DNA from: an uncultured Gammaproteobacteria bacterium
GTDB taxonomy: Bacteria; Patescibacteriota; Patescibacteriia; VMEV01; CAYQCH01
Assembly (NCBI GenBank): GCA_964503955.1
Contig: CAZDCG010000001.1
Location: 109,804 to 173,803, forward strand
Length of the DNA: 64,000 nt
Direction: 5' to 3'
Under the pieces are notes generated by a model, which ran no database searches, had not been told where the DNA came from, and worked only from the letters and a program-made list of their open reading frames with translations. Each line of letters starts with the position of its first letter. Within the stretch, counting starts at the first letter, position 1. This document shows, piece after piece, positions 53,016 to 61,502 of the stretch. The position numbers were made by a program, and so were the translations under genes.

Positions 53016-56015
53016 TCAAACAAGACTGTACGGACAGATGCTTCTAAAATCGCAGTTTTGACAGGCCTTCTTGTCTTTGCTTGTTTCTTCAAAGGTGCTT
53101 TGCGTCAATTCGTCCAATGTTTCGATGATATCGTTCTTTAACTTTTCTTTCTGCTTGTCCGTTGCGATGAATGACTTGCCTTCATTTTCTTTCAGATAGT
53201 AGTACGTCAGCTCTTCAACCTCTTTGCCAAGCACTTCTTCGGCAGCAATTTGATACAGTGTGAGCTGATGTTTATCTAATGATCGATCGTTTTTGGGCAT
53301 TTTACCCGTTTTATAATCAACCAGTTTCAAGCCTGAACGCCCCTGATCCACGCGGTCGATGGAGCCCCGTAATTTGTATTTGCCGATTTGAATCGTAAAT
53401 GCCTGCTCGGTGGCAATAACATTCGGCCATTCATGTTCATGACGGTCGTAGAAAGCAGACAAAGCCTCCTTCCCTTTTTCATAATTTTCCTTTTTCTCTT
53501 TCTCATTGGCATACCATTCATCAATCCAATGTTCTTCATAGAGAGCAAGGAGATCTTCTTTTGAAGGAGCTTTGGGATTTCCCTGCGCCATGATTTTGAA
53601 AAATTCCTCAAGCGCCTTATGCATGGATTTGCCAAAGCTTGCGGCATGCGTGCTGCGCACGGGAATTTTGAGAATATAATTGTAACGGTACTGCCAGGGA
53701 CAGGTTTCAAAGGCTTTGAGCTGGGAATAACTGAAGATTTTTGGCAAATATGGACGATAATCCATGGAGCGGGCGCGCAGCCGCTCAGGATTTTTTACCT
53801 GCATGGCAAGGAATGGCGCGGCCGCTTTGGTTTGTTTTGGCTCGGTTTGTTCAAAGCCAAGCTCAAAGAGAAAGCGTGATAATTTTTTCTTCCTCGCTCC
53901 GCCATAATCCTGCGCCGAGGTAAGAAAGAGTCCTTCTTTAGCACGGGTTAACGCCACATAGAATAAACGGCGCTCTTCTTCCAAATGCGGATTATCGCCA
54001 GGTGTCACCTCATTGACAAATGCTTCCGGCAAAGGGATGGCATCTTTGCGCTCGCTGGTTGGAAAGCGTCGATCCACCAGGCTGACAACAAAGACATGCT
54101 TGAATTCCAAGCCTTTTGATCCATGGATCGTCATGACTTTGACCGTTTCAGGCCCGATTTCCACATCCGCCGGCAAAGCACCATTGTCCCCGGCCTGTTT
54201 GACAAGCTCAAGATACGCCAGAAATTCTCGCGTGGTTTTTACTTCCGCCTGGCGCTCGAATTCCTGCATATGGCGCCAAAATTGATTCAGCAATCCATAG
54301 GTTTCGCGCTGGGTTTGCGGATCAAGCGATTCATAGTAGGTTTTCAGACCATAGTCGTCGATAAAGGCCATCGCCACTTCGCTCACCCGCTTGTCGCGTG
54401 CAAAATGCGCGTGCTTTTCCAGATGATCAAGAATGATGCGGCAAATACTCTGCCCCGCTTCACTGACATTGATTTCTGAAGCATGTTTAACGGCTTCTCT
54501 CAAAGAAACCGCGTTCTTCTTTGCATAATGCAGCAAGGCCATGAGATCCTCATTGGAGAGATTGGTCGTGGGAAGAATAAGAATGCGGTACAGCGCGGTG
54601 CTTTCGGCATAGTCGTCGAGCAGCCGCAAATACGAAAGAATATCAAGCACCGCGGGCGTGGAGAATAATCCCTGCGATGCAAGAAATTGAAACGGGATCT
54701 CCGCCATCGTAAGCTGCTGAATGAACGGTTCGGCCGAGCTATGGGCGCGCACAAGAATCGCAAAATCTCCCCAGGTAAGCTCTGGGTCTTCCTGTTTGAG
54801 GGCAAGCATCTTTTCAACTACCCCGGCAGCTTCATCGTCTAAACGTTCGTAATGAAGATGCTCAATGATTCCTTTCTTTTGCGATGAGGCGATCAATTCC
54901 TTTTTGATCGGCGCAAAACCCGCTAAATCAAGCTGCTTCTTTTCCGCTTTGTCGGTAAGCTCCTTATCTACAGAGAGCTGAAATTCCAGGCGGTGCGGAT
55001 TATTATGCTGAATAAACGCGTATGCCAGGTCAAGAATATTCTGTGAAGAGCGGTAATTGTGTGTAAGGACAACCTGCTGCGCTTCAGGAAAATCGCTTTT
55101 AAAACCGAGAATATTGCTTAATGAAGCGCCGCGGAATTTATAAATGCTCTGATCATCATCCCCCACGACATTGATATTTTTCTGATCGGAAGCAAGGAGC
55201 TTAATCAGATCATACTGCGCCCAATTGGTGTCTTGGAATTCATCCACCAGAATAAATTTGAATTGATGGCGGTACTTTTCAAGAATGAGTGCGCGTTCCT
55301 GAAAGAGGCGGCGTAACGAAAGAATCAAATCGCCGAAATCAAGCGCATCCTGTTCATGCAGCAGCTGCTGATAGACAGCGTATGCATGCGCTACTTCCTT
55401 GATTTTTTCCATCTCCTCTCTCCATAGCTGCGCTAATTTTTCATCTTCATATTTGCGGCCGGCCAGTCTTGAAGCGAATTCCTTAAAGGCTTCACTCTCC
55501 GGGTCATCTGCCAATGCATCCGCATAAGAAAGATATTGCTGAGGCGTGACCCCTTCGTCTTTTGCCCGGGAAAAATGCGTTAAGAGCTCTGAAAGGAATT
55601 TTGTCGGTTTGCCCAGAGGACGGTAATAATCCAGAGCAAATCGGTCCAGATTCGTTTTCATGAGCATCCACTGATTGGTTTGATCAAGCACGCGAAAATC
55701 CGGGGAGATGCCAATCGCGATTCCTTCCTGGCGGAGAATGCGCTCGGCAAAGGCGTGAAAAGTCATGACCCAGAGATTAACGTATCCAAACGGGAGAAGA
55801 TGATCAATACGCTCTTCCATCTCCCCGGCGGCTTTATCCGTGAAGGTGAGGCAAAGAATCTCTTCGGGTTTGGCAAGCCCCTGATCAATCAGCCAGCCGA
55901 CGCGATGCGTGAGCACCGTCGTTTTTCCCGTACCGGCTCCCGCCACAATCAGCAAAGGCCCTTCCCCGTGGGTAACGGCTTGTTTTTGCTCTTCATTTAG
56001 TCGGGAGAGATCCAT
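53016..56015 (-). CDS. UvrD/PcrA-family SF1 helicase fused to C-terminal RecB-family (PD-(D/E)xK, Cas4-like 4-Cys) nuclease; AddA-like
   Basis: Walker A LIVAGAGTGKTTVL, helicase motifs throughout, and a C-terminus ETCPWQYRYNYILK...DYKTGK...CQNCDFRSICPY. No addB partner is adjacent. Confidence 0.8.
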   Translation of the reverse strand: MDLSRLNEEQKQAVTHGEGPLLIVAGAGTGKTTVLTHRVGWLIDQGLAKPEEILCLTFTDKAAGEMEERIDHLLPFGYVNLWVMTFHAFAERILRQEGIAIGISPDFRVLDQTNQWMLMKTNLDRFALDYYRPLGKPTKFLSELLTHFSRAKDEGVTPQQYLSYADALADDPESEAFKEFASRLAGRKYEDEKLAQLWREEMEKIKEVAHAYAVYQQLLHEQDALDFGDLILSLRRLFQERALILEKYRHQFKFILVDEFQDTNWAQYDLIKLLASDQKNINVVGDDDQSIYKFRGASLSNILGFKSDFPEAQQVVLTHNYRSSQNILDLAYAFIQHNNPHRLEFQLSVDKELTDKAEKKQLDLAGFAPIKKELIASSQKKGIIEHLHYERLDDEAAGVVEKMLALKQEDPELTWGDFAILVRAHSSAEPFIQQLTMAEIPFQFLASQGLFSTPAVLDILSYLRLLDDYAESTALYRILILPTTNLSNEDLMALLHYAKKNAVSLREAVKHASEINVSEAGQSICRIILDHLEKHAHFARDKRVSEVAMAFIDDYGLKTYYESLDPQTQRETYGLLNQFWRHMQEFERQAEVKTTREFLAYLELVKQAGDNGALPADVEIGPETVKVMTIHGSKGLEFKHVFVVSLVDRRFPTSERKDAIPLPEAFVNEVTPGDNPHLEEERRLFYVALTRAKEGLFLTSAQDYGGARKKKLSRFLFELGFEQTEPKQTKAAAPFLAMQVKNPERLRARSMDYRPYLPKIFSYSQLKAFETCPWQYRYNYILKIPVRSTHAASFGKSMHKALEEFFKIMAQGNPKAPSKEDLLALYEEHWIDEWYANEKEKKENYEKGKEALSAFYDRHEHEWPNVIATEQAFTIQIGKYKLRGSIDRVDQGRSGLKLVDYKTGKMPKNDRSLDKHQLTLYQIAAEEVLGKEVEELTYYYLKENEGKSFIATDKQKEKLKNDIIETLDELTQSTFEETSKDKKACQNCDFRSICPYSLV

Positions 56016-56039
56016 AGTTCAGGTATCTTAACATATGAG

Positions 56040-56500
56040 ACTCAAGCAGCAATGAGATACACTGCGGATGAAATGTGTACATAGGCGGACTCTGGACAAG
56101 TCTGAGCTTTTCTGCTATAGTCGGTGCAAAGGTTTCACCGGGGCCGGCGGTCGTAAGGTCTCGCCTTCCCCCTGGGCCCCATACACCCAAGCCCCGGTGA
56201 AACTCTACATTTAGGGAGAGAAGCTCGGCGAGGCGGACCTCGACCGAAGCTGAATGGATAGGGGTTACCTATGCCCCGCGCCAATTGGATTACGGCATGG
56301 TTCGCGCTAACCGTGCTTCTCCCCCTTTCAAACTAGTTCTTGACAGTCCGGCATGGCTGGACTATAGTGCGACAGTCTACGAATGTCCATTCGGACAGAC
56401 GACTAACGAGGTGTGGCTCTACCGTTTTCCCCACTTTCCCCCTTTTCGGTACGTGACACACCAGGGGGCAGCACGCGATTCCCCGTTGCGAGCTGCCCCC
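56040..56500. ncRNA. ORF-poor, highly structured about 460-nt region (candidate structured RNA of unknown class)
   Basis: Nested perfect inverted repeats TTCACCGGGGC/GCCCCGGTGAA (56135/56190), AGGGAGAGAAGC/GCTTCTCCCCCT (56212/56315), GGGGGCAGC/GCTGCCCCC (56464/56491), plus local hairpins. I could not match it to RNase P, tmRNA or SRP consensus by eye. Confidence 0.25.
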
Positions 56501-56503
56501 ACT

Positions 56504-56537
56504 AAAAAAGCTCTCTTCAATCGAAGAGAGCTTTTTG
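56504..56537. terminator. Bidirectional terminator AAAAAAGCTCTCTTC-aatc-GAAGAGAGCTTTTT (rmuC 3' end)
   Basis: A perfect 10-bp stem flanked by A6 and T5. Confidence 0.75.
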
Positions 56538-56554
56538 GTTTTTCAAGATACTGT

Positions 56555-57673
56555 TTATGCTTCAAGCTGCGGTTTGTCGATGAGTTCGGTTTCAATACTT
56601 CCTCCGATAGCGCCGTCCGTAATCTTGACCACGTCTTTGTCGATCTTCTTCAGCTCTTTAGAAGAAGCATTATAGGCATTGACCATGGTTGTCATATGAT
56701 TGCCTACCTTCTTGTGGTATTCCTCAAACACGGCCATATGCTTGCCAAGCTCTCCGACGCGCTTAATCACTTCTTTGACAGAAGCCTCCATCTTCAAGGC
56801 TTTTAATCCTTGTAAAACGGTTTGCAGATACGCGAAGAACGATGTTGGAGAAACGATGATCACCCGCTTCTTGAATGCGTATTCAATCAAGTCTTCTGAG
56901 CGGACGTCAGTGCTCCCTACTTTATAAATCAATAGATTGTAATAAATCCCTTCAGCAGGAATGAACATAAAGGCGAAGTCCGTCGTATCCTCGTTGGGGC
57001 GGATATATTTAGCTGTTTCATCAATACGGTTTTTCACGTCCATTTTAAACTCTTTGCTAAGCTTCTCCCGCTTGGCCGCGTCTTGTGCCTCCATCAGCTG
57101 ATTATACTTTTCAAGCGAGAATTTCGCGTCGATCGGAATAATTTTGTCATTCATGAAAATCGCCGCATCAACGATTTCACCGTTATCAAACTTGTACTGG
57201 ATTTTGTATTGGTTCGGTTGCAGAACATGCGACAAAAGCGTTTCCAGAAAATATTCTCCAAGGATTCCGCGCTGTTTTGGATTCTTCAGGATATTTTCCA
57301 GGCTCTGCAGCTGCTCGGAAAAGCCCAGAATCTGCTTATTGGTCCCTTCGACCTGGGTGAGCTTGCGGGTGATTTCTTCAATGATTTTGCCGGTATTCTC
57401 AAAATGCGCCTGGATATTTTGCGCCTGGGACTGATGGGACTTATGCAGAATGGCATTCATCTGATCAAGACGGGCCTGGATTTCCTGCCGATTCTGCGCG
57501 CCGCTTTGTGAAACTTCTTTGCGCAGCCCTTCAACCATCTCAAAGAGCATTTTTTGAACAGGGTCATCCGACGAATCAGCTGTCATGGATGACAATTTCT
57601 TAAACAGCAGAAAAACAACTCCCAGCAAAACGATGAGAAGCAAGAAGACAAGGATGAGAACGATATCGCTCAT
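56555..57673 (-). CDS. rmuC: DNA recombination protein RmuC
   Basis: N-terminal TM, long coiled-coil, and a C-terminal RmuC nuclease-like domain (FAFMFIPAEGIYYN...IIVSPTSFFAYLQTV). Confidence 0.8.
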   Translation of the reverse strand: MSDIVLILVFLLLIVLLGVVFLLFKKLSSMTADSSDDPVQKMLFEMVEGLRKEVSQSGAQNRQEIQARLDQMNAILHKSHQSQAQNIQAHFENTGKIIEEITRKLTQVEGTNKQILGFSEQLQSLENILKNPKQRGILGEYFLETLLSHVLQPNQYKIQYKFDNGEIVDAAIFMNDKIIPIDAKFSLEKYNQLMEAQDAAKREKLSKEFKMDVKNRIDETAKYIRPNEDTTDFAFMFIPAEGIYYNLLIYKVGSTDVRSEDLIEYAFKKRVIIVSPTSFFAYLQTVLQGLKALKMEASVKEVIKRVGELGKHMAVFEEYHKKVGNHMTTMVNAYNASSKELKKIDKDVVKITDGAIGGSIETELIDKPQLEA

Positions 57674-57775
57674 AAAGCTGTAAAGCTAAAAATCTTAAAA
57701 GCTGAAAACGGGACAGTTGGTTTTTTTCAGCTTTTGAGTTTTTTAGGTTTCCTACAATTCGGTCACAGGCTGTGT

Positions 57776-57812
57776 CTGCGACCGGGCGGGGTCGGAGCCC
57801 CACGCCCGACAG
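57776..57812. repeat. GC-rich hairpin repeat copy 3 (reverse orientation: TGTCGGGCGTGGGGCTCCGACCCCGCCCGGTCGCA)
   Basis: It lies downstream of the idi-like gene on the minus strand. An A/T hairpin terminator (agctgaaaa...ttttcagct) follows at about 57690..57730. Confidence 0.55.
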
Positions 57813-57852
57813 GTATCTGTTTAACTAAAACCTAAAAACTGCAACCTATAAC

Positions 57853-58398
57853 CTACCCCAGCTGCTCTTTCACATTCTTCATCACATGATCGTGGTGTTT
57901 TTCCCACCAGGTCAGCACGACTTCGCAGGATGGTGTCAACAGATACCCTGCTTTTGCTTCTGCAGGCTTGATCCAGCGGACTTCGGAGACTTTTTCCGGA
58001 TTTGGCTGCACAAGATCAGCATTGCTGACGTATCCGACGAACACAGCGATAAAGCGATCCGCTTTGCCGGGGATATGGTAGCGGTTTTTATGCTCATGGA
58101 AAAGCGGCACGCGCATATTCAGCTCATCCGGCAGCTTTCGATTGGCCGCGTCAACATACCCTTCCCCCGGCCAGACCGCACCCGACGCGGAGATTTCCCA
58201 ATGATTCGGGAATCGCTCGATATCGGGATTGCGGCGCTGCAAGAGTACTTCGCCTTCATCATTGAACAGAAGGACATAGACATAGCGGATCAGCTTTGAT
58301 TCATCAGCTTCAGCAACTTTGCGAGGCAGAATTTCAACCTGGTTGTCTTGGTCGTCGACAACAATGACAGGCTCCTCGCTTTGATCAAATTCTTTCAT
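57853..58398 (-). CDS. idi: NUDIX hydrolase, isopentenyl-diphosphate delta-isomerase (type 1)-like
   Basis: YVYVLLFNDEGEVLLQRRNPDIERFPNHWEISASGAVWPGEGYVDAANRKLPDELNM parallels the IDI-1 core and Nudix box. Confidence 0.6.
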   Translation of the reverse strand: MKEFDQSEEPVIVVDDQDNQVEILPRKVAEADESKLIRYVYVLLFNDEGEVLLQRRNPDIERFPNHWEISASGAVWPGEGYVDAANRKLPDELNMRVPLFHEHKNRYHIPGKADRFIAVFVGYVSNADLVQPNPEKVSEVRWIKPAEAKAGYLLTPSCEVVLTWWEKHHDHVMKNVKEQLG

Positions 58399-58405
58399 AG
58401 ACAGT

Positions 58406-58438
58406 GGTTACGAGTTCACAGATTAACGAGTTAGCGCG
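58406..58438. repeat. Degenerate GTTAAC-family repeat (ggttacgagttcacagattaacgagttagcgcg)
   Basis: It contains a TTAACGAGTTA variant of the core. It lies between tatD and the idi-like gene. Confidence 0.4.
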
Positions 58439-58447
58439 TTTGTTCAT

Positions 58448-59293
58448 TTACCTCGCGTCATCTTTGATTCCAAAAAAAGCGAGTGCGTTTTGGAATGTCT
58501 GCTCGGCAACATGTTCCTCTGAAAGCCCTTTTCTTCTGGCAATATCCTGTACGATGTATTTCACATGAGCCGGCTCATTACGTTTACCACGAAACGGCGG
58601 AGGTGTTAAGTACGGTGCATCCGTTTCAACGAGCATCTGCTCTAATGGAAGTTTGGCCGCCACCTGTCCTACTGCGTCGGCAAAAACGGCAATGCCTGAA
58701 AATGAAATATACCAGCCAATGTCAATGTATTTTTTCGCCTCCTCGTAGGTTCCCGTAAAGCAATGGATAACACCCCGCTTCCCTTCTCCCCATTGCTGTG
58801 CGGCTTCCTGAATAGCCGCAAACTGATCGTCATGCGCTTCACGGCAATGAATAATCAGCGGCAAGGTGTTTTTGCGGGCGAATTCCGCCTGCGCCATGAA
58901 TGCGGCATACTGCGTCTGTTTCATGGTCTTCGCATCACCTTCGGGCAGGCGGTAATAATCAAGCCCGCATTCGCCAACAGCCACGACTTTGGATGAAGCA
59001 TCTTTAAGAGATTGATAGTAGGCAGGATCAAAGGCTTCCGCTCTGGGTTTGAAGTCAAGCTCCTGCGTATCATTAAAGCCATGCGCGATGGTATGCGTGG
59101 GATGCAGTCCGATGGACGCATAAACACCTTTTTCAAACTTCTCGGCCGTCTCAATTGCCGTTTTGCTTGTGTCCCGCTGAGTGCCAACCGTTACCATCCA
59201 GACTTCGTCAGCCAAGGCACGCTCAATCACCTCCCGAGCATCATCTTCATAAGCTTTGAAATGAACATGAGCATGACTATCAAATAATCTCAT
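58448..59293 (-). CDS. tatD: TatD-family metal-dependent DNase
   Basis: MRLFDSHAHVHF..., GLHP and DAPY motifs of the TatD TIM-barrel hydrolases. Confidence 0.85.
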   Translation of the reverse strand: MRLFDSHAHVHFKAYEDDAREVIERALADEVWMVTVGTQRDTSKTAIETAEKFEKGVYASIGLHPTHTIAHGFNDTQELDFKPRAEAFDPAYYQSLKDASSKVVAVGECGLDYYRLPEGDAKTMKQTQYAAFMAQAEFARKNTLPLIIHCREAHDDQFAAIQEAAQQWGEGKRGVIHCFTGTYEEAKKYIDIGWYISFSGIAVFADAVGQVAAKLPLEQMLVETDAPYLTPPPFRGKRNEPAHVKYIVQDIARRKGLSEEHVAEQTFQNALAFFGIKDDAR

Positions 59294-59316
59294 ATCGATT
59301 GGTGATGTAAATCCTG

Positions 59317-59341
59317 CAAATGACGAATCCGTTACAAATCT
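59317..59341 (-). promoter_or_regulatory. Third locus carrying the ATTTGTAA-N-GATTCGTCATTTG motif (upstream of tatD)
   Basis: Gene-strand reading is agATTTGTAAcgGATTCGTCATTTGcagg. It is almost identical to the dinB distal site agATTTGTAAtGATTCGTCATTTGtag. Confidence 0.5.
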
Positions 59342-59372
59342 ATAAAAGACTGAATATGGAATTTGTAGTGAG

Positions 59373-59897
59373 TCAAAGACTCAGTACTTCCTGTGCTCTT
59401 TGCACAACGGTTGGGAGAAAAGGCGCCACCTGGTCAGCGACGTCAAGCAAGTAGTCGACCACCATGGATTGCGACAAGGCATTGGTCAAGGTATCGCTGA
59501 GCGGATAGCGAGCCAGCATGAATAAGGCAAGAGACATGAGCACCACGCCTTCAATTAATCCAAGTAATGCTCCGCCTAAACGGTTGAAGGTTTTTAGAAA
59601 CGGCAGCACGGCAATCAAATTGAAGAGTTTATTGATCAGCCAAAAAACAAAGCCGACCAGGCGCGTCACAAGCAGGAAAAGGAGAATAAAGGTTACAACG
59701 CGGCCGAGATTATCTCTTCCCCCGAACAAGAAAGAAAGCTTTTCCGCCACAAACTCAAAATAATTGCCGCTGATCACCGCGGCAACCACAATGCTGACAA
59801 AAGAACCGACCATGTGAATAAGCCCGAACCAAAATCCTGTAAAAGCAAATCCGGCGATGATCAGGATCAAAACCGCGTCGGTAATGGTAAGCAGCAT
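59373..59897 (-). CDS. cvpA: CvpA-family membrane protein
   Basis: 4-TM CvpA fold (ILIIAGFAFTGFWFG...). Confidence 0.7.
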   Translation of the reverse strand: MLLTITDAVLILIIAGFAFTGFWFGLIHMVGSFVSIVVAAVISGNYFEFVAEKLSFLFGGRDNLGRVVTFILLFLLVTRLVGFVFWLINKLFNLIAVLPFLKTFNRLGGALLGLIEGVVLMSLALFMLARYPLSDTLTNALSQSMVVDYLLDVADQVAPFLPTVVQRAQEVLSL

Positions 59898-59900
59898 AAT

Positions 59901-61346
59901 TTACTCCTCAAGGCGAGGAAATAAAGGCTGAAGCTTCTTTATTGTATCAGCATTAAAGGCCTGTTCCAACTGATCCGCCGTTGCAGGCAGATAGGGGTTG
60001 AGCAGATATGCGACAAGCCGGATTTGCGCGACAAGTTTGCCAAGAACAGTTTGCAATCGCTCAGGGTCGGATTTCGCTAATTCCCAAGGTTTTTCAGCAT
60101 CAATAAGCCGGTTTCCTTCATTGACGACCTCCCAGATGCGACCCAGAGCTTTGTCGAAGCGGAATTGTTCGGTGTACGAATACACTTCCTGTTTAATGAT
60201 CGCTGTTTCAGCTAGTTCCTGAACAACAATATTGCCCGCGAGATATTTCTCTACCATATTGGACAAACGGCTCGCCAGATTCCCTAAGTCATTAGCTAGA
60301 TCGGCTGTATAACGTTCACGGAAGCGCTGGTCGGAAAAATCGCCGTCCGCGCCGAACGGGATTTCGCGCAGGAGAAAATAGCGGACCGCATCCGCGCCGT
60401 ATTGCTCAACCAGAGCAAGCGGATCAACGGTATTGCCAAGCGATTTGCTGATTTTCTGCCCGTCTTTGGTGATAAATCCATGAATAAAAATTTGCTTTGA
60501 AGCGGGCAAACCAGCGGAAAAAAGCATGGCCTGCCACATAGCTGATTGCTGGCGAAGATTGTCTTTGCCGGCCACCTGCACGCCGGGCCAGAATGCTTCA
60601 AAGTTTTCCTGCTGATCAGGCCAACCTAAAGTGGAAATATAGTTTACCAAGGCGTCAAACCACACATACATGACATGCTCTTCATCATCTGGAACCGGCA
60701 CGCCCCATGGCATTTTTTCCTTCAGACGCGACACGCTGAAATCTTCAAGCCCTCCGGCAACAAAGTTCCGGATTTCTGTCAGACGGAAATCAGGTACGAC
60801 AAAATCAGGACGCTGTTCGTATAAATCCAATAAAGCCTGCTGGTATTTGGAAAAACGAAAGAAGTAATTTTCTTCATCGATCAGCTCCAGCTCAAGATTT
60901 GGATGGATCTGGCAATGTCCGCTTTCAAGCTCCGAATCGGTTTTTTCAAGCTCGCAACCGATGCAATATTTTACCTGGTACTGTTTTTTATAAATATCGC
61001 CGTTCTCTTTGCAGCGTCGCCAGAATTCCTGAGCAGCTTTTTTGTGATCAGCGTCGGTGGTGCGGATAAAATTGGTATAGCTGAGATTCAGTGCTTCTTT
61101 AAGCGCATGGAATTTGGCGGCATACCGGTCGACATAAGCTTGCGCGTCAATGCCTTCTTCCTGCGCCTTGCGGTAAATTTTAATGCCATGTTCGTCCGTT
61201 CCGGTATTAAAGACAACGTCATTTCCCTTCTGACGTTGATGGCGCGCCAACACATCGGCCTGGACAATCTCTAAAGCAAAGCCGATATGCGGATCGGCAT
61301 TCACGTACGGCAAGGTGGTCGTAATGTAGAAACGTTCGCTTTTCAT
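59901..61346 (-). CDS. metG: Methionyl-tRNA synthetase (short form)
   Basis: LPYVNADPHIGFALEIVQADVLARHQRQKGNDVVFNTGTDEHGIKI (HIGH region and MetRS-specific IQADV) and KISKSLGN (KMSKS). Confidence 0.85.
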   Translation of the reverse strand: MKSERFYITTTLPYVNADPHIGFALEIVQADVLARHQRQKGNDVVFNTGTDEHGIKIYRKAQEEGIDAQAYVDRYAAKFHALKEALNLSYTNFIRTTDADHKKAAQEFWRRCKENGDIYKKQYQVKYCIGCELEKTDSELESGHCQIHPNLELELIDEENYFFRFSKYQQALLDLYEQRPDFVVPDFRLTEIRNFVAGGLEDFSVSRLKEKMPWGVPVPDDEEHVMYVWFDALVNYISTLGWPDQQENFEAFWPGVQVAGKDNLRQQSAMWQAMLFSAGLPASKQIFIHGFITKDGQKISKSLGNTVDPLALVEQYGADAVRYFLLREIPFGADGDFSDQRFRERYTADLANDLGNLASRLSNMVEKYLAGNIVVQELAETAIIKQEVYSYTEQFRFDKALGRIWEVVNEGNRLIDAEKPWELAKSDPERLQTVLGKLVAQIRLVAYLLNPYLPATADQLEQAFNADTIKKLQPLFPRLEE

Positions 61347-61439
61347 AGTGCAAAAACCTTAGCAATTTGGACTTTAAATGGCAAGACTCACAGACAAATA
61401 GATTCTTCAGACATAACAGACAAGGATACTGAAATAAAT

Positions 61440-61495
61440 TGACACCAGTCTGTGATGTCTGAGAAGTCTGTGCGTCTGAAAAGTCAGTGAGCGAA
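61440..61495. repeat. TCTGTG/CGTCTGAA repeat (ctgtgatgtctgagaagtctgtgcgtctgaaaagtc) just 3' of mutL
   Basis: An about 40-bp near-identical copy lies inside mutL at 62229..62270. Related GTCTGTG motifs are at 8076-8110, 13490-13530 and 48394-48420. Confidence 0.55.
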
Positions 61496-61502
61496 GCGAA
61501 CC

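Noticed and set aside
56040-56500. Attempt to call RNase P RNA or tmRNA
   Set aside because: I could not find the P4 / CR-I / CR-V consensus or the tRNA-like ends with a resume-codon plus ALAA tag on either strand. It is kept only as a generic structured region.
56285-56806. 173-aa plus-strand ORF
   Set aside because: Its 3' half is antisense to rmuC and its 5' half lies in the structured non-coding region. No RBS.
61469-61490. Similarity of GCGTCTGAA / GCCGTCTAAA to the Neisseria DNA uptake sequence GCCGTCTGAA
   Set aside because: It is imperfect and the taxonomic context differs. It is mentioned only as a speculative test, not called.
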